A DNA stretch of 64,000 nt from Auanema rhodensis (lineage: Eukaryota > Animalia > Nematoda). Shown here piece after piece: positions 9,478 through 22,500 of this stretch. The position numbers and the translations under genes are program-made. Below the pieces are notes generated by a model. It saw only the letters and a program-made list of their open reading frames with translations, ran no database searches and was not told where the DNA came from. Position 1 is the stretch's first letter; every line of letters starts with the position of its first letter. The stretch lies in contig OZ059894.1 in assembly GCA_964057225.1 (NCBI GenBank), positions 20,956,001-21,020,000 on the forward strand, given 5' to 3'.

Positions 9478-12400
9478 GATATCTCGGTGCATTTTTAAGC
9501 TAGCGCAAATCTGATAACACAGATCGACGCAGCTTAAAAATCCGCATCGAATGCACTATACTACATTGAGAAACGCTTAATACAAAAATTAGTTATGATC
9601 GTTTGAAAAATGATGCATTAGTGTATGTTGAGTTTCCATGTACACTCAACATTGCTTCCAAAAACATTTTGACAAAAATTTTTTCGAAAAATTTCAAAAT
9701 AATTTAGCAAAAAGTAGATGTTTTTAGATTCCATTTTTCAAGGCAAAGACGATAGACAATGTTATTCAACGAAAAAATTAATTCTTCAGGGTGAAAATCG
9801 AGGATATAAGTGTGAACTTATATCAGTTGATATCTCGGTGCATTTTTAAGCTAGCGCAAATCTGATAACACAGATCGACGCAGCTTCAAAATCCGCATCG
9901 AATGCACTATACTACATTGAGAAACGCTTAATACAAAAATTAGTTATGATCGTTTGAAAAATGATGCATTAGTGTATGTTGAGTTTCCATGTACACTCAA
10001 CATTGCTTCCAAAAACATTTTGACGAAAATTTTTTCGAGAAATTTCAAAATAATTTAGCAAAAAGTAGATGTTTTTAGATTCCTTATTTCAAGGCAAAGA
10101 CGATGGACAATGTTATTCAACGAAAAAATTAATTCTTCAGGGTGAAAATCGAGGATATAAGTGTGAACTTATATCAGTTGATATCTCGGTGCATTTTTAA
10201 GCTAGCGCAAATCTGATAACACAGATCGACGCAGCTTCAAAATCCGCATCGAATGCACTATACTACATTGAGAAACGCTTAATACAAAAATTAGTTATGA
10301 TCGTTTGAAAAATGATGCATTAGTGTATGTTGAGTTTCCATGTACACTCAACATTGCTTCCAAAAACATTTTGACAAAAATTTTTTCGAAAAATTTCAAG
10401 ATAATTTAGCAAAAAGTAGATGTTTTTAGATTCCTTTTTTCAAGGCAAAGACGATGGACAATGTTATTCAACGAAAAAATTAATTCTTCAGGGTGAAAAT
10501 CGAGGATATAAGTGTGAACTTATATCAGTTGATATATCGGTGCATTTTTAAGCTAGCGCAAATCTGATAACACAGCTCGACGCAGCTTAAAAATCCGCAT
10601 CGAATGCACTATACTACATTGAGAAACGCTTAATACAAAAATTAGTTATGATCGTTTGAAAAATGATGCATTAGTGTATGTTGAGTTTCCATGTACACTC
10701 AACATTGCTTCCAAAAACATTTTGACAAAAATTTTTTCGAAAAATTTCAAAATAATTTAGCAAAAAGTAGATGTTTTTAGATTCCATTTTTCAAGGCAAA
10801 GACGATGGACAATGTTATTCAACGAAAAAATTAATTCTTCAGGGTGAAAATCGAGGATATAAGTGTGAACTTATATCAGTTGATATCTCGGTGCATTTTT
10901 AAGCTAGCGCAAATCTGATAACACAGATCGACGCAGCTTAAAAATCCGCATCGAATGCACTATACTACATTGAGAAACGCTTAATACAAAAATTAGTTAT
11001 GATCGTTTGAAAAATGATGCATTAGTGTATGTTGAGTTTCCATGTACACTCAACATTGCTTCCAAAAACATTTTGACAAAAATTTTTTCGAAAAATTTCA
11101 AGATAATTTAGCAAAAAGTAGATGTTTTTAGATTCCTTTTTTCAAGGCAAAGACGATGGACAATGTTATTCAACGAAAAAATTAATTCTTCAGGGTGAAA
11201 ATCGAGGATATAAGTGTGAACTTATATCAGTTGATATCTCGGTGCATTTTCAAGCTAGCGCAAATCTGATAACACAGCTCGACGCAGCTTAAAAATCCGC
11301 ATCGAATGCACTATACTACATTGAGAAACGCTTAATACAAAAATTAGTTATGATCGTTTGAAAAATGATGCATTAGTGTATGTTGAGTTTCCATGTACAC
11401 TCAACATTGCTTCCAAAAACATTTTGACAAAAATTTTTTCGAAAAATTTCAAAATAATTTAGCAAAAAGTAGATGTTTTTAGATTCCTTTTTTCAAGGCA
11501 AAGACGATGGACAATGTTATTCAACGAAAAAATTAATTCTTCAGGGTGAAAATCGAGGATATAAGTGTGAACTTATATCAGTTGATATCACGGTGCATTT
11601 TTAAGCTAGCGCAAATCTGATAACACAGAACGACGCAGCTTAAAAATCCGCATCGAATGCACTATACTACATTGAGAAACGCTTAATACAAAAATTAGTT
11701 ATGATCGTTTGAAAAATGATGCATTAGTGTATGTTGAGTTTCCATGTACACTCAACATTGCTTCCAAAAACATTTTGACAAAAATTTTTTCGAGAAATTT
11801 CAAAATAATTTAGCAAAAAGTAGATGTTTTTAGATTCCTTTTTTCAAGGCAAACACGATGGACAATGTTATTCAACGAAAAAATTAATTCTTCAGGGTGA
11901 AAATCGAGGATATAAGTGTGAACTTATATCAGTTGATATCTCGGTGCATTTTTAAGCTAGCGAAAATCTGATAACACAGAACGACGCAGCTTAAAAATCC
12001 GCATCGAATGCACTATACTACATTGAGAAACGCTTAATACAAAAATTAGTTATGATCGTTTGAAAAATGATGCATTAGTGTATGTTGAGTTTCCATGTAC
12101 ACTCAACATTGCTTCCAAAAACATTTTGACAAAAATTTTTTCGAGAAATTTCAAAATAATTTAGCAAAAAGTAGATGTTTTTAGATTCCTTTTTTCAAGG
12201 CAAAGACGATGGACAATGTTATTCAACGAAAAAATTAATTCTTCAGGGTGAAAATCGAGGATATAAGTGTGAACTTATATCAGTTGATATCTCGGTGCAT
12301 TTTTAAGCTAGCGCAAATCTGATAACACAGATCGACGCAGCTTAAAAATCCGCATCGAATGCACTATACTACATTGAGAAACGCTTAATACAAAAATTAG

Positions 12401-15400
12401 TTATGATCGTTTGAAAAATGATGCATTAGTGTATGTTGAGTTTCCATGTACACTCAACATTGCTTCCAAAAACATTTTGACAAAAATTTTTTCGAAAAAA
12501 TTCAAGATAATTTAGCAAAAAGTAGATGTTTTTAGATTCCTTTTTTCAAGGCAAAGACGATGGACAATGTTATTCAACGAAAAAATTAATTCTTCAGGGT
12601 GAAAATCGAGGATATAAGTGTGAACTTATATCAGTTGATATATCGGTGCATTTTTAAGCTAGCGCAAATCTGATAACACAGCTCGACGCAGCTTAAAAAT
12701 CCGCATCGAATGCACTATACTACATTGAGAAACGCTTAATACAAAAATTAGTTATGATCGTTTGAAAAATGATGCATTAGTGTATGTTGAGTTTCCATGT
12801 ACACTCAACATTGCTTCCAAAAACATTTTGACAAAAATTTTTTCGAAAAATTTCAAAATAATTTAGCAAAAAGTAGATGTTTTTAGATTCCTTTTTTCAA
12901 GGCAAAGACGATGGACAATGTTATTCAACGAAAAAATTAATTCTTCAGGGTGAAAATCGAGGATATAAGTGTGAACTTATATCAGTTGATATCTCGGTGC
13001 ATTTTTAAGCTAGCGCAAATCTGATAACACAGAACGACGCAGCTTAAAAATCCGCATCGAATGCACTATACTACATTGAGAAACGCTTAATACAAAAATT
13101 AGTTATGATCGTTTGAAAAATGATGCATTAGTGTATGTTGAGTTTCCATGTACACTCAACATTGCTTCCAAAAACATTTTGACAAAAATTTTTTCGAGAA
13201 ATTTCAAAATAATTTAGCAAAAAGTAGATGTTTTTAGATTCCTTTTTTCAAGGCAAACACGATGGACAATGTTATTCAACGAAAAAATTAATTCTTCAGG
13301 GTGAAAATCGAGGATATAAGTGTGAACTTATATCAGTTGATATCTCGGTGCATTTTTAAGCTAGCTCAAATCTGATAACACAGATCGACGCAGCTTAAAA
13401 ATCCGCATCGAATGCACTATACTACATTGAGAAACGCTTAATACAAAAATTAGTTATGATCGTTTGAAAAATGATGCATTAGTGTATGTTGAGTTTCCAT
13501 GTACACTCAACATTGCTTCCAAAAACATTTTGACAAAAATTTTTTCGAGAAATTTCAAAATAATTTAGCAAAAAGTAGATGTTTTTAGATTCCTTTTTTC
13601 AAGGCAAAGACGATGGACAATGTTATTCAACGAAAAAATTAATTCTTCAGGGTGAAAATCGAGGATATAAGTGTGAACTTATATCAGTTGATATCTCGGT
13701 GCATTTTTAAGCTAGCGCAAATCTGATAACACAGATCGACGCAGCTTAAAAATCCGCATCGAATGCACTATACTACATTGAGAAACGCTTAATACAAAAA
13801 TTAGTTATGATCGTTTGAAAAATGATGCATTAGTGTATGTTGAGTTTCCATGTACACTCAACATTGCTTCCAAAAACATTTTGACAAAAATTTTTTCGAA
13901 AAATTTCAAGATAATTTAGCAAAAAGTAGATGTTTTTAGATTCCTTTTTTCAAGGCAAAGACGATGGACAATGTTATTCAACGAAAAAATTAATTCTTCA
14001 GGGTGAAAATCGAGGATATAAGTGTGAACTTATATCAGTTGATATATCGGTGCATTTTTAAGCTAGCGCAAATCTGATAACACAGCTCGACGCAGCTTAA
14101 AAATCCGCATCGAATGCACTATACTACATTGAGAAACGCTTAATACAAAAATTAGTTATGATCGTTTGAAAAATGATGCATTAGTGTATGTTGAGTTTCC
14201 ATGTACACTCAACATTGCTTCCAAAAACATTTTGACAAAAATTTTTTCGAAAAATTTCAAAATAATTTAGCAAAAAGTAGATGTTTTTAGATTCCATTTT
14301 TCAAGGCAAAGACGATGGACAATGTTATTCAACGAAAAAATTAATTCTTCAGGGTGAAAATCGAGGATATAAGTGTGAACTTATATCAGTTGATATCTCG
14401 GTGCATTTTTAAGCTAGCGCAAATCTGATAACACAGATCGACGCAGCTTAAAAATCCGCATCGAATGCACTATACTACATTGAGAAACGCTTAATACAAA
14501 AATTAGTTATGATCGTTTGAAAAATGATGCATTAGTGTATGTTGAGTTTCCATGTACACTCAACATTGCTTCCAAAAACATTTTGACAAAAATTTTTTCG
14601 AAAAATTTCAAGATAATTTAGCAAAAAGTAGATGTTTTTAGATTCCTTTTTTCAAGGCAAAGACGATGGACAATGTTATTCAACGAAAAAATTAATTCTT
14701 CAGGGTGAAAATCGAGGATATAAGTGTGAACTTATATCAGTTGATATCTCGGTGCATTTTCAAGCTAGCGCAAATCTGATAACACAGCTCGACGCAGCTT
14801 AAAAATCCGCATCGAATGCACTATACTACATTGAGAAACGCTTAATACAAAAATTAGTTATGATCGTTTGAAAAATGATGCATTAGTGTATGTTGAGTTT
14901 CCATGTACACTCAACATTGCTTCCAAAAACATTTTGACAAAAATTTTTTCGAAAAATTTCAAAATAATTTAGCAAAAAGTAGATGTTTTTAGATTCCTTT
15001 TTTCAAGGCAAAGACGATGGACAATGTTATTCAACGAAAAAATTAATTCTTCAGGGTGAAAATCGAGGATATAAGTGTGAACTTATATCAGTTGATATCA
15101 CGGTGCATTTTTAAGCTAGCGCAAATCTGATAACACAGAACGACGCAGCTTAAAAATCCGCATCGAATGCACTATACTACATTGAGAAACGCTTAATACA
15201 AAAATTAGTTATGATCGTTTGAAAAATGATGCATTAGTGTATGTTGAGTTTCCATGTACACTCAACATTGCTTCCAAAAACATTTTGACAAAAATTTTTT
15301 CGAGAAATTTCAAAATAATTTAGCAAAAAGTAGATGTTTTTAGATTCCTTTTTTCAAGGCAAAGACGATGGACAATGTTATTCAACGAAAAAATTAATTC

Positions 15401-15444
15401 TTCAGGGTGAAAATCGAGGATATAAGTGTGAACTTATATCAGTT

Positions 15445-15795
15445 GATATCTCGGTGCATTTTTAAGCTAGCGCAAATCTGATAACACAGATCGACGCAGC
15501 TTAAAAATCCGCATCGAATGCACTATACTACATTGAGAAACGCTTAATACAAAAATTAGTTATGATCGTTTGAAAAATGATGCATTAGTGTATGTTGAGT
15601 TTCCATGTACACTCAACATTGCTTCCAAAAACATTTTGACAAAAATTTTTTCGAAAAATTTCAAAATAATTTAGCAAAAAGTAGATGTTTTTAGATTCCT
15701 TTTTTCAAGGCAAAGACGATGGACAATGTTATTCAACGAAAAAATTAATTCTTCAGGGTGAAAATCGAGGATATAAGTGTGAACTTATATCAGTT
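15445..15795 (+). repeat. Representative consensus monomer (M45). M46, M60, M67, M75, M77, M86, M125, M144 and M154 also appear to match the consensus
   Basis: It carries the majority base at all variable sites I tracked. It has single EcoRV (p1-6), NheI (p22-27), NsiI (p136-141), BsrGI (p162-167) and BstBI (p206-211) sites. Hand count: 57 G + 53 C of 351. Confidence 0.9.
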
Positions 15796-18700
15796 GATAT
15801 CTCGGTGCATTTTTAAGCTAGCGCAAATCTGATAACACAGATCGACGCAGCTTAAAAATCCGCATCGAATGCACTATACTACATTGAGAAACGCTTAATA
15901 CAAAAATTAGTTATGATCGTTTGAAAAATGATGCATTAGTGTATGTTGAGTTTCCATGTACACTCAACATTGCTTCCAAAAACATTTTGACAAAAATTTT
16001 TTCGAAAAATTTCAAAATAATTTAGCAAAAAGTAGATGTTTTTAGATTCCTTTTTTCAAGGCAAAGACGATGGACAATGTTATTCAACGAAAAAATTAAT
16101 TCTTCAGGGTGAAAATCGAGGATATAAGTGTGAACTTATATCAGTTGATATATCGGTGCATTTTTAAGCTAGCGCAAATCTGATAACACAGATCGACGCA
16201 GCTTAAAAATCCGCATCGAATACACTATACTACATTGAGAAACGCTTAATACAAAAATTAGTTATGATCGTTTGAAAAATGATGCATTAGTGTATGTTGA
16301 GTTTCCATGTACACTCAACATTGCTTCCAAAAACATTTTGACAAAAATTTTTTCGAAAAATTTCGAAATAATTTAGCAAAAAGTAGATGTTTTTAGATTC
16401 CATTTTTCAAGGCAAAGACGATGGACAATGGTATTTAACGAAAAAATTAATTCTTCAGGGTGAAAATCGAGGATATAAGTGTGAACTTATATCAGTTGAT
16501 ATCTCGGTGCATTTTTAAGCTAGCGCAAATCTGATAACACAGATCGACGCAGCTTAAAAATCCGCATCGAATGCACTATACTACATTGAGAAACGCTTAA
16601 TACAAAAATTAGTTATGATCGTTTGAAAAATGATGCATTAGTGTATGTTGAGTTTCCATGTACACTCAACATTGCTTCCAAAAACATTTTGACAAAAATT
16701 TTTTCGAAAAATTTCAAGATAATTTAGCAAAAAGTAGATGTTTTTAGATTCCTTTTTTCAAGGCAAAGACGATGGACAATGTTATTCAACGAAAAAATTA
16801 ATTCTTCAGGGTGAAAATCGAGGATATAAGTGTGAACTTATATCAGTTGATATCTCGGTGCATTTTCAAGCTAGCGCAAATCTGATAACACAGCTCGACG
16901 CAGCTTAAAAATCCGCATCGAATGCACTATACTACATTGAGAAACGCTTAATACAAAAATTAGTTATGATCGTTTGAAAAATGATGCATTAGTGTATGTT
17001 GAGTTTCCATGTACACTCAACATTGCTTCCAAAAACATTTTGACAAAAATTTTTTCGAAAAATTTCAAAATAATTTAGCAAAAAGTAGATGTTTTTAGAT
17101 TCCTTTTTTCAAGGCAAAGACGATGGACAATGTTATTCAACGAAAAAATTAATTCTTCAGGGTGAAAATCGAGGATATAAGTGTGAACTTATATCAGTTG
17201 ATATCTCGGTGCATTTTTAAGCTAGCGCAAATCTGATAACACAGATCGACGCAGCTTAAAAATCCGCATCGAATGCACTATACTACATTGAGAAACGCTT
17301 AATACAAAAATTAGTTATGATCGTTTGAAAAATGATGCATTAGTGTATGTTGAGTTTCCATGTACACTCAACATTGCTTCCAAAAACATTTTGACAAAAA
17401 TTTTTTCGAAAAATTTCAAGATAATTTAGCAAAAAGTAGATGTTTATAGATTCCTTTTTTCAAGGCAAAGACGATGGACAATGTTATTCAACGAAAAAAT
17501 TAATTCTTCAGGGTGAAAATCGAGGATATAAGTGTGAACTTATATCAGTTGATATCTCGGTGCATTTTCAAGCTAGCGCAAATCTGATAACACAGATCGA
17601 CGCAGCTTAAAAATCCGCATCGAATGCACTATACTATATTGAGAAACGCTTAATACAAAAATTAGTTAAGATCGTTTGAAAAATGATGCATTAGTGTATG
17701 TTGAGTTTCCATGTACACTCAACATTGCTTCCAAAAACATTTTGACAAAAATTTTTTCGAAAAATTTCAAAATAATTTAGCAAAAAGTAGATGTTTTTAG
17801 ATTCCTTTTTTCAAGGCAAAGACGATGGACAATGTTATTCAACGAAAAAATTAATTCTTCAGGGTGAAAATCGAGGATATAAGTGTGAACTTATATCAGT
17901 TGATATCACGGTGCATTTTTAAGCTAGCGCAAATCTGATAACACAGAACGACGCAGCTTAAAAATCCGCATCGAATGCACTATACTACATTGAGAAACGC
18001 TTAATACAAAAATTAGTTATGATCGTTTGAAAAATGATGCATTAGTGTATGTTGAGTTTCCATGTACACTCAACATTGCTTCCAAAAACATTTTGACAAA
18101 AATTTTTTCGAGAAATTTCAAAATAATTTAGCAAAAAGTAGATGTTTTTAGATTCCTTTTTTCAAGGCAAACACGATGGACAATGTTATTCAACGAAAAA
18201 ATTAATTCTTCAGGGTGAAAATCGAGGATATAAGTGTGAACTTATATCAGTTGATATCTCGGTGCATTTTTAAGCTAGCGAAAATCTGATAACACAGAAC
18301 GACGCAGCTTAAAAATCCGCGTCGAATGCACTATACTACATTGAGAAACGCTTGATACAAAAATTAGTTATGATCGTTTGAAAAATGATGCATTAGTGTA
18401 TGTTGAGTTTCCATGTACACTCAACATTGCTTCCAAAAACATTTTGACAAAAATTTTTTCGAGAAATTTCAAAATAATTTAGCAAAAAGTAGATGTTTTT
18501 AGATTCCTTTTTTCAAGGCAAAGACGATGGACAATGTTATTCAACGAAAAAATTAATTCTTCAGGGTGAAAATCGAGGATATAAGTGTGAACTTATATCA
18601 GTTGATATCTCGGTGCATTTTTAAGCTAGCGCAAATCTGATAACACAGATCGACGCAGCTTAAAAATCCGCATCGAATGCACTATACTACATTGAGAAAC

Positions 18701-19506
18701 GCTTTATACAAAAATTAGTTATGATCGTTTGAAAAATGATGCATTAGTGTATGTTGAGTTTCCATGTACACTCAACATTGCTTCCAAAAACATTTTGACA
18801 AAAATTTTTTCGAAAAATTTCAAAATAATTTAGCAAAAAGTAGATGTTTTTAGATTCCTTTTTTCAAGGCAAAGACGATGGACAATGTTATTCAACGAAA
18901 AAATTAATTCTTCAGGGTGAAAATCGAGGATATAAGTGTGAACTTATATCAGTTGATATCTCGGTGCATTTTTAAGCTAGCGCAAATCTGATAACACAGA
19001 TCGACGCAACTTAAAAATCCGCTTCGAATGCACTATACTACATTGAGAAACGCTTAATACAAAAATTAGTTATGATCGTTTGAAAAATGATGCATTAGTG
19101 TATGTTGAGTTTCCATGTACACTCAACATTGCTTCCAAAAACATTTTGACAAAAATTTTTTCGAAAAATTTCAAAATAATTTAGCAAAAAGTAGATGTTT
19201 TTAGATTCCATTTTTCAAGGCAAAGACGATGGACAATGTTATTCAACGAAAAAATTAATTCTTCAGGGTGAAAATCGAGGATATAAGTGTGAACTTATAT
19301 CAGTTGATATCTCGGTGCATTTTTAAGCTAGCGCAAATCTGATAACACAGATCGACGCAGCTTAAAAATCCGCATCGAATGCACTATACTACATTGAGAA
19401 ACGCTCAATACAAAAATTAGTTATGATCGTTTGAAAAATGATGCATTAGTGTATGTTGAGTTTCCATGTACACTCAACATTGCTTCCAAAAACATTTTGA
19501 CAAAAA

Positions 19507-19513
19507 TTTTTTT
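19507..19513 (+). other. 1-bp insertion (T6 to T7) making M56 352 bp
   Basis: CAAAAATTTTTTTCGAG; the downstream monomer register shifts by +1. Confidence 0.9.
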
Positions 19514-22500
19514 CGAGAAATTTCAAAATAATTTAGCAAAAAGTAGATGTTTTTAGATTCCTTTTTTCAAGGCAAAGACGATGGACAATGTTATTCAACG
19601 AAAAAATTAATTCTTCAGGGTGAAAATCGAGGATATAAGTGTGAACTTATATCAGTTGATATCTCGGTGCATTTTTAAGCTAGCGCAAATCTGATAACAC
19701 AGATCGACGCAGCTTAACAATCCGCATCGAATGCACTATACTACATTGAAAAACGCTTAATACAAAAATTAGTTATGATCGTTTGAAAAATGATGCTTTA
19801 GTGTATGTTGAGTTTCCATGTACACTCAACATTGCTTCCAAAAACATTTTGACAAAAATTTTTTCGAAAAATTTCAAAATAATTTAGCAAAAAGTAGATG
19901 TTTTTAGATTCCTTTTTTCAAGGCAAAGACGATGGACAATGTTATTCAACGAAAAAATTAATTCTTCAGGGTGAAAATCGAGGATATAAGTGTGAACTTA
20001 TATCAGTTGATATCTCGGTGCATTTTTAAGCTAGCGCAAATCTGATAACACAGATCGACGCAACTTAAAAATCCGCTTCGAATGCACTATACTACATTGA
20101 GAAACGCTTAATACAAAAATTAGTTATGATCGTTTGAAAAATGATGCATTAGTGTATGTTGAGTTTCCATGTACACTCAACATTGCTTCCAAAAACATTT
20201 TGACAAAAATTTTTTCGAGAAATTTCAAAATAATTTAGCAAAAAGTAGATGTTTTTAGATTCCTTTTTTCAAGGCAAAGACGATGGACAATGTTATTCAA
20301 CGAAAAAATTAATTCTTCAGGGTGAAAATCGAGGATATAAGTGTGAACTTATATCAGTTGATATCTCGGTGCATTTTTAAGCTAGCGCAAATCTGATAAC
20401 ACAGATCGACGCAGCTTAACAATCCGCATCGAATGCACTATACTACATTGAAAAACGCTTAATACAAAAATTAGTTATGATCGTTTGAAAAATGATGCTT
20501 TAGTGTATGTTGAGTTTCCATGTACACTCAACATTGCTTCCAAAAACATTTTGACAAAAATTTTTTCGAAAAATTTCAGAATAATTTAGCAAAAAGTAGA
20601 TGTTTTTAGATTCCATTTTTCAAGGCAAAGACGATGGACAATGTTATTCAACGAAAAAATTAATTCTTCAGGGTGAAAATCGAGGATATAAGTGTGAACT
20701 TATATCAGTTGATATCTCGGTGCATTTTTAAGCTAGCGCAAATCTGATAACACAGATCGACGCAGCTTAAAAATCCGCATCGAATGCACTATACTACATT
20801 GAGAAACGCTTAATACAAAAATTAGTTATGATCGTTTGAAAAATGATGCATTAGTGTATGTTGAGTTTCCATGTACACTCAACATTGCTTCCAAAAACAT
20901 TTTGACAAAAATTTTTTCGAAAAATTTCAAAATAATTTAGCAAAAAGTAGATGTTTTTAGATTCCTTTTTTCAAGGCAAAGACGATGGACAATGTTATTC
21001 AACGAAAAAATTAATTCTTCAGGGTGAAAATCGAGGATATAAGTGTGAACTTATATCAGTTGATATCTCGGTGCATTTTTAAGCTAGCGCAAATCTGATA
21101 ACACAGATCGACGCAACTTAAAAATCCGCATCGAATGCACTATACTACATTGAGAAACGGTTAATACAAAAATTAGTTATGATCGTTTGAAAAATGATGC
21201 ATTAGTGTATGTTGAGTTTCCATGTACACTCAACATTGCTTCCAAAAACATTTTGACAAAAATTTTTTCGAAAAATTTCAAAATAATTTAGCAAAAAGTA
21301 GATGTTTTTAGATTCCTTTTTTCAAGGCAAAGACGATGGACAATGTTATTCAACGAAAAAATTAATTCTTCAGGGTGAAAATCGAGGATATAAGTGTGAA
21401 CTTATATCAGTTGATATCTCGGTGCATTTTTAAGCTAGCGCAAATCTGATAACACAGATCGACGCAACTTAAAAATCCGCTTCGAATGCACTATACTACA
21501 TTGAGAAACGCTTAATACAAAAATTAGTTATGATCGTTTGAAAAATGATGCATTAGTGTATGTTGAGTTTCCATGTACACTCAACATTGCTTCCAAAAAC
21601 ATTTTGACAAAAATTTTTTCGAGAAATTTCAAAATAATTTAGCAAAAAGTAGATGTTTTTAGATTCCTTTTTTCAAGGCAAAGACGATGGACAATGTTAT
21701 TCAACGAAAAAATTAATTCTTCAGGGTGAAAATCGAGGATATAAGTGTGAACTTATATCAGTTGATATCTCGGTGCATTTTTAAGCTAGCGCAAATCTGA
21801 TAACACAGATCGACGCAGCTTAACAATCCGCATCGAATGCACTATACTACATTGAAAAACGCTTAATACAAAAATTAGTTATGATCGTTTGAAAAATGAT
21901 GCATTAGTGTATGTTGAGTTTCCATGTACACTCAACATTGCTTCCAAAAACATTTTGACAAAAATTTTTTCGAAAAATTTCAAAATAATTTAGCAAAAAG
22001 TAGATGTTTTTAGATTCCTTTTTTCAAGGCAAAGACGATGGACAATGTTATTCAACTAAAAAATTAATTCTTCAGGGTGAAAATCGAGGATATAAGTGTG
22101 AACTTATATCAGTTGATATCTCGGTGCATTTTTAAGCTAGCGCAAATCTGATAACACAGATCGACGCAACTTAAAAATCCGCATCGAATGCACTATACTA
22201 CATTGAGAAACGCTTAATACAAAAATTAGTTATGATCGTTTGAAAAATGATGCATTAGTGTATGTTGAGTTTCCATGTACACTCAACATTGCTTCCAAAA
22301 ACATTTTGACAAAAATTTTTTCGAAAAATTTCAAAATAATTTAGCAAAAAGTAGATGTTTTTAGATTCCTTTTTTCAAGGCAAAGACGATGGACAATGTT
22401 ATTCAACGAAAAAATTAATTCTTCAGGGTGAAAATCGAGGATATAAGTGTGAACTTATATCAGTTGATATCTCGGTGCATTTTTAAGCTAGCGCAAATCT

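Larger units (their letters stand above)
1..18603 (+). repeat. Array domain I (M1-M53), defined by domain-restricted SNPs
   Basis: Variants p6A, p7A, p19C, p28A/T, p46C, p76A, p221G, p271C, p285G+p290T and p316T were seen only here. Confidence 0.8.
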
